Positions 11,528-21,900 of a stretch of DNA of 64,000 bases are shown piece by piece. Within the stretch, counting starts at the first letter, position 1. Every line of letters begins with the position of its first letter. Source of the DNA: Chloroflexota bacterium (GTDB taxonomy: Bacteria > Chloroflexota > JAJPGV01). Location of the stretch: positions 94,412 through 158,411 of the forward strand of contig JAJPGV010000018.1 in assembly GCA_021325635.1 (NCBI GenBank), written 5' to 3'. The position numbers and the translations under genes are program-made. The notes beneath the pieces are model-generated. The model saw nothing but the letters and a program-made list of their open reading frames with translations, did not search any database and had not been told where the DNA came from.

Positions 11528-11650
11528 GGGCTGCCCGCCAGCCGAAGCCGCATTGCCAGCTTCACCGGGGCGCGGCCGCCGGCCAATGTTTGCCTGCCGT
11601 TTAGCTGGCATTCACGTCTATTCACGTCGATAGGGCTCACCCTGTAGACA

Positions 11651-11992
11651 ATGAGTCCATCCAGTGTCGTGCGCGGGATAGCGCACAGGATCGGCCGGTC
11701 GGGCGGCAGGATCCGGGTGGGGCTCGAGACGGTTGGGTCAGTCGTGGCGAGGGCCTGGCACCGTGCTCACCGCGGCCACCGGCCCCAGCAACCTATCTCC
11801 TGGCCCTCCAGGCGCACGATCTCGCCGATGACGCCGCGCGAGCTGGTCCTGCTGATGGAGCACGCGCGCCTGGTCAACGCGTCCTACCCGGATGATGAAG
11901 CCCGGCAGGCGTTCATTGCGCTGCTTCAGAAGCAGCTGCGCGAGAGCGAGTGCCAGGCGCTCGAAGACTCGCCGCTCAGCCGCGAGCTGTAG
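11651..11992 (+). CDS. hypothetical protein (113 aa)
   Basis: ORF downstream of an ATTCACGTC direct repeat; no recognisable domain. Confidence 0.25.
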   Translation: MSPSSVVRGIAHRIGRSGGRIRVGLETVGSVVARAWHRAHRGHRPQQPISWPSRRTISPMTPRELVLLMEHARLVNASYPDDEARQAFIALLQKQLRESECQALEDSPLSREL

Positions 11993-12036
11993 CTCCGTCG
12001 AGGACGGTTGCTAGAGCTCCGTGGCGAGCAGCAACC

Positions 12037-12780
12037 TCAGCGCCGGGCCGCCAGCTCGACAGCGGTCGGCTCGGAACCGTTCGCATCCCAGGCCATGATC
12101 AGGGCTGCGTCAGGGGCGTCAGCAGCCGGGAATAGATAACGAGTCAGCCCGGCCGCGGCCAATCCTCCAATGAGCTGGCTGGCGATGAAGGCGGGAGCGC
12201 TCGGGGGAGCGATGCCGGCGAAGGAGTCACTGAGCGTGCGGCCGATGGTCACCGCGGGGTTGGCGAAGCTCGTGGAGCTGGTGAACCAGTATGCGGCGGT
12301 GATGTAGGCGGCCACTGCGTACGGCGCCGCCGCCAAGCGGCCGGAGCGGACCAGCCCGAAGATTGTCAGCACGAGGCCGAAGGTGGCCACGGTCTCCCCC
12401 AGCCACAGACCGCCGCCGCTCCGTGCGTGCGTGGCTATGGAGATGGGTGCGTCGCCAAACATCAGGTTGGCCAGCACCGCGCCGCAGACTGCTCCGAGCA
12501 CCTGGCTCGCGATAAAGGCAGGCACACTGCGCCACGGCAACCCGCCCAGGAGCGCGCTGGCCAGGGTCACCACAGGGTTCAGGTGGGCGCCGGAGATTGG
12601 ACCGAGGGCCAGAATGATGGCCACCAGGCCGGCGCCGGTTGCCAGGGCGTTCTCCAGCAGCTCGACTCCGACGTCGCCGGGCGAGAGCCTCTGCGCGGCA
12701 ATGCCGCTGCCCACGACCACTGCCACCAGCAGGCCCGTGCCGGTGAGCTCGGCGACGCACTGGCGGCGAAGGTCAGCCAT
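12037..12780 (-). CDS. MIP-family aquaglyceroporin, likely an arsenite channel (AqpS-like)
   Basis: 247 aa and six TM. It has the two half-helix motifs NPV (HLNPVVTL) and NPA (FANPAVTIGR). It lies immediately downstream of arsC, in the position where an ArsB/Acr3 pump would normally be expected. Confidence 0.8.
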   Translation of the reverse strand: MADLRRQCVAELTGTGLLVAVVVGSGIAAQRLSPGDVGVELLENALATGAGLVAIILALGPISGAHLNPVVTLASALLGGLPWRSVPAFIASQVLGAVCGAVLANLMFGDAPISIATHARSGGGLWLGETVATFGLVLTIFGLVRSGRLAAAPYAVAAYITAAYWFTSSTSFANPAVTIGRTLSDSFAGIAPPSAPAFIASQLIGGLAAAGLTRYLFPAADAPDAALIMAWDANGSEPTAVELAARR

Positions 12781-12837
12781 GCGACAGCAACGCCCGAGCC
12801 AACAGGCCTGTACCTGTCCCGAGCTCGGGATCCGGAA

Positions 12838-13464
12838 TCATTGGGCGGGGACGACGCTGAGCTCGCGAATCAGGGCCCGTACTCGGTGTTCGATGTCGGC
12901 AGCGATGCGCTGCACCTCGGCCTGGTTTTTGCCCGCTGGGTCTTCTACGTCCCAATCCATGTAGCGCTTGCCCGGATAGATCGGGCAGGCATCGCCGCAG
13001 CCCATGGTGATCACCACGTCGGCGGCGCGGACCACCTCGTCGGTCAGCGGCTTGGGAAACTCCTTGGACAGATCCAGGCCGCGTTCGGCCATGACCTGGA
13101 CGACGGCCGGGTTGATCTCATCCGCCGGTGTGGACCCGGCCGAGCGCACGTGCACGTGGCCCTCGGCCAGCCGGTCCAGCAGGGCCGCGGCCATCTGGCT
13201 CCGGCCGGCATTGTGCACGCATACAAACAGCACCTCGGGCACGTCCTTGGCAATACGGCCCTGCACCTGGGCGACAGCCTTGAGCCTCTCGCGCGTGAAC
13301 CGGTAGAGCAGCAGCGGCAGGAAGTCATGGATGCGAGGCCGGTCGATCGGCTGGGCTGACTCCATCACGTACTGGCGAATGGTCTCGATCGAAAAGACTC
13401 CGTGAAATTCTCGCTCCAATTCCCCGATCATGTGCTCCACGGGGTTTGCCAGGTCCATGCTCAT
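12838..13464 (-). CDS. arsC: arsenate reductase, LMW-PTP type, with an ~75-aa N-terminal extension
   Basis: The CVHNAGRSQMAAAL P-loop (CX5R) and a downstream Cys/Asp (GCGDACPIYPGKRYMDWDVEDP) match thioredoxin- or mycothiol-coupled ArsC. The first ~75 residues have no ArsC counterpart. Confidence 0.8.
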   Translation of the reverse strand: MSMDLANPVEHMIGELEREFHGVFSIETIRQYVMESAQPIDRPRIHDFLPLLLYRFTRERLKAVAQVQGRIAKDVPEVLFVCVHNAGRSQMAAALLDRLAEGHVHVRSAGSTPADEINPAVVQVMAERGLDLSKEFPKPLTDEVVRAADVVITMGCGDACPIYPGKRYMDWDVEDPAGKNQAEVQRIAADIEHRVRALIRELSVVPAQ

Positions 13465-13483
13465 GTTCCTTCAACCTGCCAAC

Positions 13484-13503
13484 ATATCGATTTCGGTCGA
13501 TAT
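13484..13503. promoter_or_regulatory. putative ArsR operator (7-6-7 inverted repeat ATATCGA-tttcgg-TCGATAT)
   Basis: Perfect inverted repeat in the arsC/arsR divergent intergenic region. Confidence 0.4.
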
Positions 13504-13676
13504 TTAGCCTCGCACAGCAATCGATGGCTGTCAATATGTTTGCCGCCACCCAGACCGCCGGGGGCACACCGCACTGCTGTTTCGGTGGCGGCATGGGCTC
13601 GTCGCCTGTGAGCTCGTGCCAGCCAGGTTCGAGGATGCGAGCCAACTCCGTTTCGACGTGCTTCAATTCGGTCAAC

Positions 13677-14072
13677 ATGAACGAGTCCTTGCGGGTGATT
13701 CCATGCTGCCCGCCGATCTCACAGGCGGAGCTGTCCTCCGATGAGGCCGAACAGCTGGCCACGACCCTCAAGGCAGTGGCCGACCCGGCCCGCATTCGCC
13801 TTCTCAGCCTGATCCAGGCGCAGCCTCAGGGTGAGGCCTGCGTATGCCACTTGACGGAACCGCTCGGCCTGGGCCAGCCGACCGTGAGCCACCACCTCAG
13901 GGTGCTGGAAGATGCCGGCTTCCTCACGCATGAGCGGCGAGGGCGCTGGGTGTACTACCGCGCCGTGCCCGAACGACTGGCGGCCGTGCGAGATGCCTTC
14001 GCCCCGTCCCCCAAGCGCGCTGCCAGTCATGCAAAGGTCGTGAACGTGAGCTCGAAGGAATTGTCATGCTGA
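13677..14072 (+). CDS. arsR: ArsR/SmtB-family metalloregulator
   Basis: HTH pattern DPARIRLLSLI...CVCHL...GLGQPTVSHHLRVLEDAGF with a Cys pair for As(III) sensing. The start is chosen at ATG 13677; earlier in-frame ATGs exist back to 13446. Confidence 0.7.
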   Translation: MNESLRVIPCCPPISQAELSSDEAEQLATTLKAVADPARIRLLSLIQAQPQGEACVCHLTEPLGLGQPTVSHHLRVLEDAGFLTHERRGRWVYYRAVPERLAAVRDAFAPSPKRAASHAKVVNVSSKELSC

Positions 14073-14282
14073 GCGTGAACCGAAGCATCCCGGCCACACC
14101 TGCCGAGGGTTCCTTCTGGCGTCGTTCCGGTTAACCGCCATCGGCTCGGGATGATCGTTCCGCGAGCGGCTGAGGTGGGTGGCGGTGGTATGTGCGGCAA
14201 CGGCATCCTGGCATCAGAACGTATTGACATCCGAGGGAATTATCCCCTTGACGGCGGTACTGCACAAGCGTATAGTGGGGGT

Positions 14283-15233
14283 ATGTCCAAGGTAGATCGC
14301 AACCAGCCCCGACGATCCACTGCTTCGGAATCGCGCTACACGCTCTTTGAGTTTGACCGTGATTTCCCGGACGATGCTGCCTGCCTTGATTGGCTGGTAG
14401 GCCAGCTCTATCCGAACGGGATTCACTGCCCAAAGTGCGACAAGGTGACGAAGCACTACCGGGACCACAACCGCCCCTCGTATTCGTGTGAATACTGCGG
14501 GCACCGCGAGCACCCTATGGCCGGAACCATCTTTCAGGATTCGGCCACGTCGCTTCGCTTGTGGTTCTACGCGTTCTACCTGATGTCCAGCACTCGCTGC
14601 GGTATCTCCGCGAAACAGCTTGAGCGCGAGCTTGGCGTGACCTACAAGACGGCGTGGCGCATGTTCAACCGCATCCGCTCGCTCATGTATCAGTGCGACG
14701 CGCCGATTACCGAAGGCACCGTCGAGATTGATGAGGCCTACATCGGCGGCAAAGCGCACTGGCGAAGCAGAGGACGCGCTACCGGCATCAAGGGCGGCAT
14801 TAAGGGCAAGACCCAGGTGCTTGGATTCGCGCAACGTGGGGTGGACGGTGAGCCGGGAACCATCACGGCCAAAGTCATGCCCAACAACGTCAAGCGTGCA
14901 GTGCTCAACGAAGTCACAACCAAGGTGCTCGAAAAGGCCATCATCTACACCGATGAGGCCAACGCCTACGAGACGCTGACGAAGAAGGGCTATCACCATC
15001 GGCGCGTTCACCATCGCCAGAACATCTACGTCGATGGGGACGTTCACACGAACACCATCGAAGGGTTTTGGTCGCTGTTGAAGCGCGGAATCAGCGGCGT
15101 CTATCATGGCGTCTCCACCAAGCACCTTCAAACGTACTTGGACGAGTACACCTTCCGCTACAACAACCGGGAGGCTGATGGTAAAGGTATCTTCGACGTG
15201 CTTATGGAGCGGATTGAGAAGGCCCCGGCTTAG
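14283..15233 (+). mobile_element. IS1595-family (ISXO2-like) DDE transposase gene
   Basis: 317 aa with an N-terminal zinc ribbon (CPKCDK...CEYCGH). IS1595 core follows (DEAYIGG...YTDEANAY...TNTIEGFWSLLKRGI...YLDEYTFRYNNR). Element ends were not resolved by eye. Confidence 0.8.
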
Positions 15234-15390
15234 GCTTAGGGGCCTTCTCTGTTGCCTGGCGTAGCGGCTTGAAAAACTCGTCCCGCGTGGGCACTGGTAT
15301 CTCCAATCCGCCAGGCGTGTACTGCACGGGCTCTCCTGGCCGCGTGAGCGGCTTGTTGGGCTTGCGGGCCATCGTTCCTCCAGTCTAGCC

Positions 15391-16179
15391 ATGCTGCTCT
15401 ACCAACATCCCCCCTGTAGCTGGTCCTTGCGGTACCAACGGGCGCTCGATCATTTCGACACGTTCCACAAGACGTTTGAGTGGTTCCGCGAAAGTCACCC
15501 GTGCAAACTGGCTGTAAATCCTCAAAGTGAGCATCCGGGCGGGCTGATCTACGTCAAGGGCATCGACGCGGCACCCTTGCAGCTGAGCGTCATGCTTGGC
15601 GATGCGTTGCAGAACCTTCGCCAGTCCCTTGACCACATCGTTTGGGAATTGTCCATCGGAGCCACTGACAACTCGCGCACTGAGTTCTTCATCTCCGACA
15701 ATGCCAAGCTGTTCCGTACAAGGGGCATGGGGCGGATTGCCCGTGTCACCGACGATGCCAAGGCATTTATCGACGCTGTCCAGCCGTATTACCGAGGGGA
15801 CTTCACCGACAAGGCTCACGCGGAACCCTTGTGGATTCTGGACCGACTTGGAAATGTCGATAAGCACCGTGCCATTCACCTCCTGATGGTCAAGCCGCAC
15901 GGGACTTCCATCAGGTTCATTACGCCTGAGCGCGTTGAGTATTGGGACCTGACGCCGCCTAACATCAAGCTTGAACCTGGCGCAGTAGTCGGGGCTGTCA
16001 CGCAAGAACAACTGGACGCCATTTCCAAGGGAGAAGTGAATATGAATTTCACTATGGAGCTTGAGATAGCGTTCGCCGATGGTCCCGCTAAGGATCGGCT
16101 CGTAAGAGAAGTCTGGGCTGAGCTCAGTGCGGAGGTCGACGCCATCTTGACGCGCCTCTCCTATTGGCTCGTTGAGTAG
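15391..16179 (+). CDS. hypothetical protein with an HEPN-like Rx6H motif (possible abortive-infection / toxin-like cargo)
   Basis: 262 aa. Local GC is lower than the flanks. RLGNVDKH fits the HEPN Rx4-6H nuclease motif. The gene lies directly 3' of the IS transposase. Confidence 0.45.
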   Translation: MLLYQHPPCSWSLRYQRALDHFDTFHKTFEWFRESHPCKLAVNPQSEHPGGLIYVKGIDAAPLQLSVMLGDALQNLRQSLDHIVWELSIGATDNSRTEFFISDNAKLFRTRGMGRIARVTDDAKAFIDAVQPYYRGDFTDKAHAEPLWILDRLGNVDKHRAIHLLMVKPHGTSIRFITPERVEYWDLTPPNIKLEPGAVVGAVTQEQLDAISKGEVNMNFTMELEIAFADGPAKDRLVREVWAELSAEVDAILTRLSYWLVE

Positions 16180-16278
16180 CAAACGCGTCAAGACGCCACC
16201 CCATCGGGGAGGTCGCCTGCTGACATAAGGCTTATTACCCTACCCCTGTACGGTATAGTCCGTAACAGGAATACGTCA

Positions 16279-16602
16279 GTGTCGTATGTATCGGAGGTGA
16301 GTAGGGAGTTCTCGCCTCCGCTCGACCCCGGCATCGCGATAGCTGTGCAGCGGCTATTGGATGCGGGCGTCGAAACGTTTGAGTCTTGCCAGGGTGGCCC
16401 GGAGCACGCATATGCCCAGCCCACCGTAAGATTCCACGGCGAGCGCGCAGAGGGGTTCCGCGCACTCGCCGCAGCAATCCAAGCCGGTCTGCGGGTTACA
16501 GGGTTACGACGCGTTTGGCCGGTTCTTGACGGAGAACCGACCGGACCGTGGTGGGAGCTGACGTTCGCTCCCGAATTGACTATCTCGCCTAGGGCGCCGT
16601 AA
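16279..16602 (+). CDS. hypothetical small protein (107 aa), second cargo gene
   Basis: Co-oriented with the 262-aa gene. No recognisable domain. Confidence 0.3.
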   Translation: MSYVSEVSREFSPPLDPGIAIAVQRLLDAGVETFESCQGGPEHAYAQPTVRFHGERAEGFRALAAAIQAGLRVTGLRRVWPVLDGEPTGPWWELTFAPELTISPRAP

Positions 16603-16987
16603 AGAAGCGCTGGACTAGCCCCAGCGCTGAGCACCGTTCGCAGAGTGGATACCCGCCGGTTCCCCTCTGCGCGTGCCAGGGTCGTATGTTTTGGCCTGCC
16701 GTGCAGTCCGTATTGTTGTGATACACCGACTCCAAGTCGGAGCGGTAGGGTTGGGTGACTATGTTTATCTCCTTTCTGGGATGTAACCCACGCTGACCGG
16801 CTGCTCGCAGTATGACGCGCGGATTGATCGTAATAACGTGACAACCTGCTAGAACTAAGGTTCGATCGCCTGCTAGGAGATTGTACCGACATCAATGGGA
16901 TAATTCCCACATCCGACGATATGTTCAGCCATACTCCGATACATCGATCGGCATCGATATCTCGGCGGTCTAAGAAGGAGTAGTCGC

Positions 16988-17800
16988 ATGGCAGATGTGA
17001 AGCAGGCAGTACGCGAGCGTTACGGCGCCATCGCCGCCAATGTCGCTGAGGGGCAGCGCAATGTTGGCTGTTGTGAGGGCCCGAGCAGTTGCTGCGGGGG
17101 TGGGGAAAAGGACGTCATCAGCAGAGATCTGTACGACCAGGTGCAGATGGGTGACGTGCCGGCGGCGGCCCTGCTGGCCTCGCTGGGATGCGGCAATCCC
17201 ACAGCTCTGGCGCAGCTGCAGCCCGGCGAAACGGTGCTGGACCTTGGCAGTGGCGGTGGCATAGACGTGCTCCTCTCGGCCAAGCGTGTGGGTCCAAGCG
17301 GCTTCGCGTACGGTCTGGACATGACCGACGAGATGCTGTCCCTGGCCGAGCGCAACAGGGCCGAAGCGGGCGCCACCAACGTCGCGTTCCTCAGGGGAGA
17401 CATCGAGGCCATTCCGCTGCCGGATGAGACGATGGACGTGATCATCTCCAACTGCGTGATTAACCTGGCCGCGGACAAGGACAAAGTGCTGGCCGAGGCC
17501 TTCCGCGTCCTGAAGCGCGGTGGCCGGCTGGCGGTGTCGGACGTCGTGGTGCGGGGGCAGGTCCCAGAGGGGCTGCGCCGGCAGATGGAGTCGTGGGTCG
17601 GCTGCATCGCGGGCGCGCTGTCGGAAGACGAATACCGGTCCAAGCTGACCGCGGCGGGATTCGCCGAGGTCGACCTGGAGAGCACGCGCGCATATTCCTT
17701 GGACGACGTGCCCACCGGCGACTGGCAGCCCACCAAGCAGGATCGGGAGCAGCTCGAAGGCAAGTTCGTCAGCGCCTTCGTGCGGGCGTCCAAGCCCTAA
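16988..17800 (+). CDS. arsM: arsenite S-adenosylmethionine methyltransferase
   Basis: Class I SAM-binding motif VLDLGSGGGID. The ArsM/AS3MT-type Cys set is present (N-terminal CC...CC, later LGCGNP and SNCVIN). A low-GC promoter region lies upstream. Confidence 0.85.
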   Translation: MADVKQAVRERYGAIAANVAEGQRNVGCCEGPSSCCGGGEKDVISRDLYDQVQMGDVPAAALLASLGCGNPTALAQLQPGETVLDLGSGGGIDVLLSAKRVGPSGFAYGLDMTDEMLSLAERNRAEAGATNVAFLRGDIEAIPLPDETMDVIISNCVINLAADKDKVLAEAFRVLKRGGRLAVSDVVVRGQVPEGLRRQMESWVGCIAGALSEDEYRSKLTAAGFAEVDLESTRAYSLDDVPTGDWQPTKQDREQLEGKFVSAFVRASKP

Positions 17801-17890
17801 CCGGCCCGTCCTGCACCGCGGCGACAGATCGGCGATGATTCTGTCAGCGGCGCCCATGAGGCAAGCCACACGTGCAGGAGCGAGGACAAT

Positions 17891-18307
17891 ATGGCGGCGA
17901 ACGTGCAGGGCTCGGGCACGAGACAGGATCCGTGGATCTTGAAAACTCCCAGCGGCGGATCGGATTACCAGGCCTTCCGTGACGAGTCGCTGAGCCCGCC
18001 GGCCCTCGTGGTGCAGGTAGGGAAGACCGAGCTGCGCTACCACCTGCGCGCCATCGAAGACCTGCACAGCATGCTCAAGGCGCACGGCGACTGGATGGCG
18101 CTTGGCAGCGCCGACGAGCAGAAACCCGCGCCCGAGGGAAGCGTCGAAGCCTGGGGACGGTCGGAGAGCAACCCGGTTGGTGGCTGGTATGGCCTGAAGA
18201 AGGGTCTCAGGGGCCGCTTCGGTATGTACGTGCCACCGGTCCTCCAAGCTCTCGGTCTAGCCGAGGTCGAGAACCAGCCGCGCAACAATCGCATGCGCGC
18301 GCTCTAG
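17891..18307 (+). CDS. conserved hypothetical protein (138 aa)
   Basis: Well-formed ORF of unknown function. Confidence 0.4.
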   Translation: MAANVQGSGTRQDPWILKTPSGGSDYQAFRDESLSPPALVVQVGKTELRYHLRAIEDLHSMLKAHGDWMALGSADEQKPAPEGSVEAWGRSESNPVGGWYGLKKGLRGRFGMYVPPVLQALGLAEVENQPRNNRMRAL

Positions 18308-18336
18308 TCTGCCGCGACGGCTGCCGTGTCCCCACG

Positions 18337-18972
18337 TCAATGGGGGACGCAAGCGTACTCAACCAGGAGCTCGTAGCCATGCTGGACAGACGCGAACTGC
18401 GAGGCGTTCTCCAGCGCGCATGCCGAGAGATTGGCCAGCGCCGACAGGAACTCGAGCTCGGCTTCCGAAAAGCTGCGGCGCTCGGCGAGGTACAGGCACA
18501 GTGCGCCCGCGGCCCGGCCCCTGACCACCAGCGGCAGGCTCAAGGCCATCACGATGCCCTCCTTCCGGGCCTCCTCCGGGTACTGCCACTCAACGGCGTT
18601 GGTGATGTCCCTGATGACGATCCTGCCCTCGAGCGTTTCGCGAAGCCCGGCATTCAGCTCGGGCCGCAGCACGCCCTTGTCCAGGTAGCGCCGGCTCAGG
18701 CCGTATGAGGCGACCAGGTCGAGCCGATCTCGTTCGGCGCCCAGCGCCCAGATGGCGCAGCCCTTCACGCCGGTGGCCTCCGTCACGGACTGCACCGCCA
18801 GCAGTTGGATGTGCCCGCGGTCGAGGCTGGAGATGATGGCCAGCGCTACGTGGTACAGCGCGACGTAGAACTGCGCATCCTCGGCTTCCGAACCCGCCGG
18901 ATGAGGCTGGATATCAGCCGGGCTTCGCACCTTCAGGCCCAGCCACGGTCTGGCCAGGAACAGCTCCTCCAT
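18337..18972 (-). CDS. stand-alone GAF-domain protein
   Basis: GAF-fold pattern with no output domain. Start chosen at MEELFLARP. It lies immediately downstream of the giant oxidoreductase on the same strand. Confidence 0.65.
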   Translation of the reverse strand: MEELFLARPWLGLKVRSPADIQPHPAGSEAEDAQFYVALYHVALAIISSLDRGHIQLLAVQSVTEATGVKGCAIWALGAERDRLDLVASYGLSRRYLDKGVLRPELNAGLRETLEGRIVIRDITNAVEWQYPEEARKEGIVMALSLPLVVRGRAAGALCLYLAERRSFSEAELEFLSALANLSACALENASQFASVQHGYELLVEYACVPH

Positions 18973-18986
18973 CTCTCGCCTCCTGT

Positions 18987-21900
18987 TCAGGCATGGACCA
19001 GGTCGGGATGGCGCCGGAAGACGCTGTCGAGCCACAGGGTCGTGAGCTTTTCGGCCAGGCTGTTCTGGCGCAGCCGGTCGTTCAGGTTCTTCCAGTCGAC
19101 CTCATCCATCGGCTGGTCCTGGTTGAAGCAGCTGAAGACGACCATTTCGGCGCCCGTCTCAGGATCGACGTGCTTTTGCAGGCAGTGGCCGCAGACCTCC
19201 TTCATCATGCACTGCATGGGCGAGTTGACCGACGCCAGCGCGAGATGCTGGGGATTCAGCCTGCCGGCGAGGACCTCATGCCGCGATCTGGCAACCGCGG
19301 CCATCATGCCGGCGCTGCCGATGGCGATCAGCCTGTCCACCGAGCTCAGCGGGATGAGCTGCTCCCCCAGCTCTCCGCGATCGTAGGCAGCCATGGCCTG
19401 GACCACGTTGCCCTGGAAGGTCAGATCCTGGGGGCGCCGAGGCTCGATCAGCTCGCCGGCGTCGACGCTCCAGATCACCTGGTCGGCCGACGCTTCGATC
19501 TCGTCCTGGTGGAAGACGTCGTCGCGACTCTTGTAGGCGCCGAAATAGAGCACCCGGTTGCCGTTGGCCCGAATCGCTCCCGCCAGCGAGAACATCACGG
19601 CGTTTCCCAGACCGCCGCCGGCCAGCACCACCTGCTCGCCCTCGGGGATGTGCGTTGGCGCGCCGGTGGGGCCCATGAGCACGATCGGCTCGCCTTCGCG
19701 CAGGGTGGCGCACAGCCGTGAGCTGGCGCCGACTTCCAGCGCGATCAAGCCCACGATGCCGGCCCTCTTGTCGACCCACGCGCCCGTAAGCGCGATGCCC
19801 TCGGTCTGCAGCCGCCGCCCGTCCACGACCGGTGCCGTCGTCTCATAGTTCTGCAGCCTGTAGAACTGGCCAGGCTGGAAGTTGGCTGCCTGGTAAGGGG
19901 CATGGATGGCGATTTCCACGATGTTCCGGGTCAGACGTATGACGCTGTCCACGCGCGCGACCAGGATCTTGTCCAGGTCGCCCGTGAAGCTCTGCCAGGC
20001 GCGCCAGCGGTCGCGGCGTTCCTTTCTCGTTGGCGCATCGGCTCGATGCGGGAACAGATCGGCTACCTGCTTGTAGCCGGTCCTGGCCGAGGCCATGGCC
20101 TTTACCACGCTGCCGGCAAAGGCCGGGTGGTTGTCGCCGTAGAAGGTGACGTAGCGCCCATCCTGCTCGTAGCTGGTGAAGAACCCCGGGTCGTCCCGGG
20201 TTCCGGCGGCCGGCACGAGCCGGCCATTCTCCAGGCGATGTGGCTGGAAGAACTTGCCTCCCGCATCCAGCTCGAAGGTGCCGCCGTGCTCCTTCTCGTA
20301 GACGATGTTGGGGGTGGTTCCGGCGGCGACCAGCAGCGTGCCGGCAGGGAGCGTGACGGTCTCGCCGGATTCCTTCCAGATGCCGGACTCGGACTCCTGC
20401 AGCACGTCGAAGATCACGCTGCCCAGGCGGCCCCAGCGATCCGGCACGGCCTCGTTCGGCTCGACGCACTCGAGGATGCGCACGCCTTCCTCCAGGAAGG
20501 ACTGAATCTCCTCGTGGTTCACCCGATAGGCGGGAGCGTCCTGGATGCGTTTGCGATAGCACAGAGTGGCTCCGCCCCAGGACTGCAGCAGCGGCAGGAA
20601 GTTCGGCTTCTCGCCGGCCAGGCGTGCGCGCTCCCGCTCGGCGCGGATGGCGCGGCCGTGCTCCAGCTGCTCGGCCAGGATGGCCCGATCCTCCTCGCTC
20701 AGTGTTGCCAGCAGCTTCTCCTCCCCCATTTCGGCCGCGAGCTGCTCGTACAGCGACAGGGTCTTCTCGACCTGCACCGGGTAGTAGGCCAGAGCCTCGG
20801 TGCAGGCGTCCACCGCGGTCAACCCGCCGCCCACGACGACCACCGGCATGCGCAGGGTGAGGTTGGCGATGGAGGCCTTCTTGAACGCTCCGGACAGCTG
20901 CAGGCCCATGAGGAAGTCGCTTGCTCCGCCGATGCCGGGCAGAAGGTTGTTCTTGATGCTCAGCACGGTCGGCCGGCCGGCGCCGGCGGCGATGGCCACG
21001 TGCTGGAAGCCGGCCTTCCAGGCGTCGTCCAGGGTCATCGTCCCGCCGAACCGGATGCCGCCATACGCGCGGAAGGTCTTGCGCCGCATGAGCGTGAGGT
21101 AGATCAGCTTCAGGAAGTTCTTGTCCCAGCGGACGGTGATGCCGTATTCGGCGACGCCCCCGAAGCCACCCGATATGCGCTCGCCCAGGTCCTCCTGCAG
21201 CTCCGAGAAGTGCTTCACCGGTCTGGGTGGCAGATCCTTGTCCCACAGCAGGTCCTTGGGCAGGGGCTCGATCTTGAGGCCATCGACGCCGACGACGCCG
21301 AAGCCCTCATTGAGCAGCCATTGCGAGAGGGTGTACCCGGCCGGTCCGAGCCCATCGACGAGCACGTTGACGCCGTTGTACGGCAGCGTCTGCGGCCGCT
21401 CGACGTTCAGCGGGTTCCAGCGGGTGAGGAGGCCGTAGACCTCCACCCCCCACGGCAGCTGCAGCACCTCCCACAGGGTATTGGTCTCGATCTGCGGAAT
21501 GTTGACCGGCTCCTGCTTCTGGTAGATGCAGCTCTTCATGCAGTCGTTGCAGATGCGGTGGCCGGTGCCCGGGCACATGGGGTTGTCGAGCATCACCAGC
21601 GCCAGCGCGCCAACCGCATCGCCTTCGCGCCGCAGTGTGTGCGCCTCGCCGATCCGCTCGGCCAGCGGGCAGCCGTTGAGCGGGACCCCGAGCTCGTTGC
21701 GGCCAAACTGTCCGTCGCTTCGCGGCAGCGGGTAGCCGCGGGCGCAGGAGTCCTTCTCGCGCTCCTGGCACAGCACGCAGTAGTGGACGTGATCCAGGAC
21801 GCGGCGGGTGCTCCAGCGCCGGTCGGTCAGCGCGAAGCCGTCGCGCCGCCGCATCCTCCAGGCCGGCCCTTCCAGCACCGGCGGAGACAGACGATCGTTG

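Noticed and set aside
14214-15392. 392-aa ORF on the minus strand
   Set aside because: Antisense to the IS1595 transposase gene, which has clear family motifs.
16188-16910. 240-aa ORF on the minus strand downstream of the cargo genes
   Set aside because: Ser/Arg-rich translation spanning the AT-rich intergenic region and antisense to the 107-aa cargo ORF. Likely spurious.
16970-18247. 425-aa ORF on the minus strand and a 257-aa ORF at 17020..17793
   Set aside because: Antisense to arsM and the downstream hypothetical; no recognisable features.
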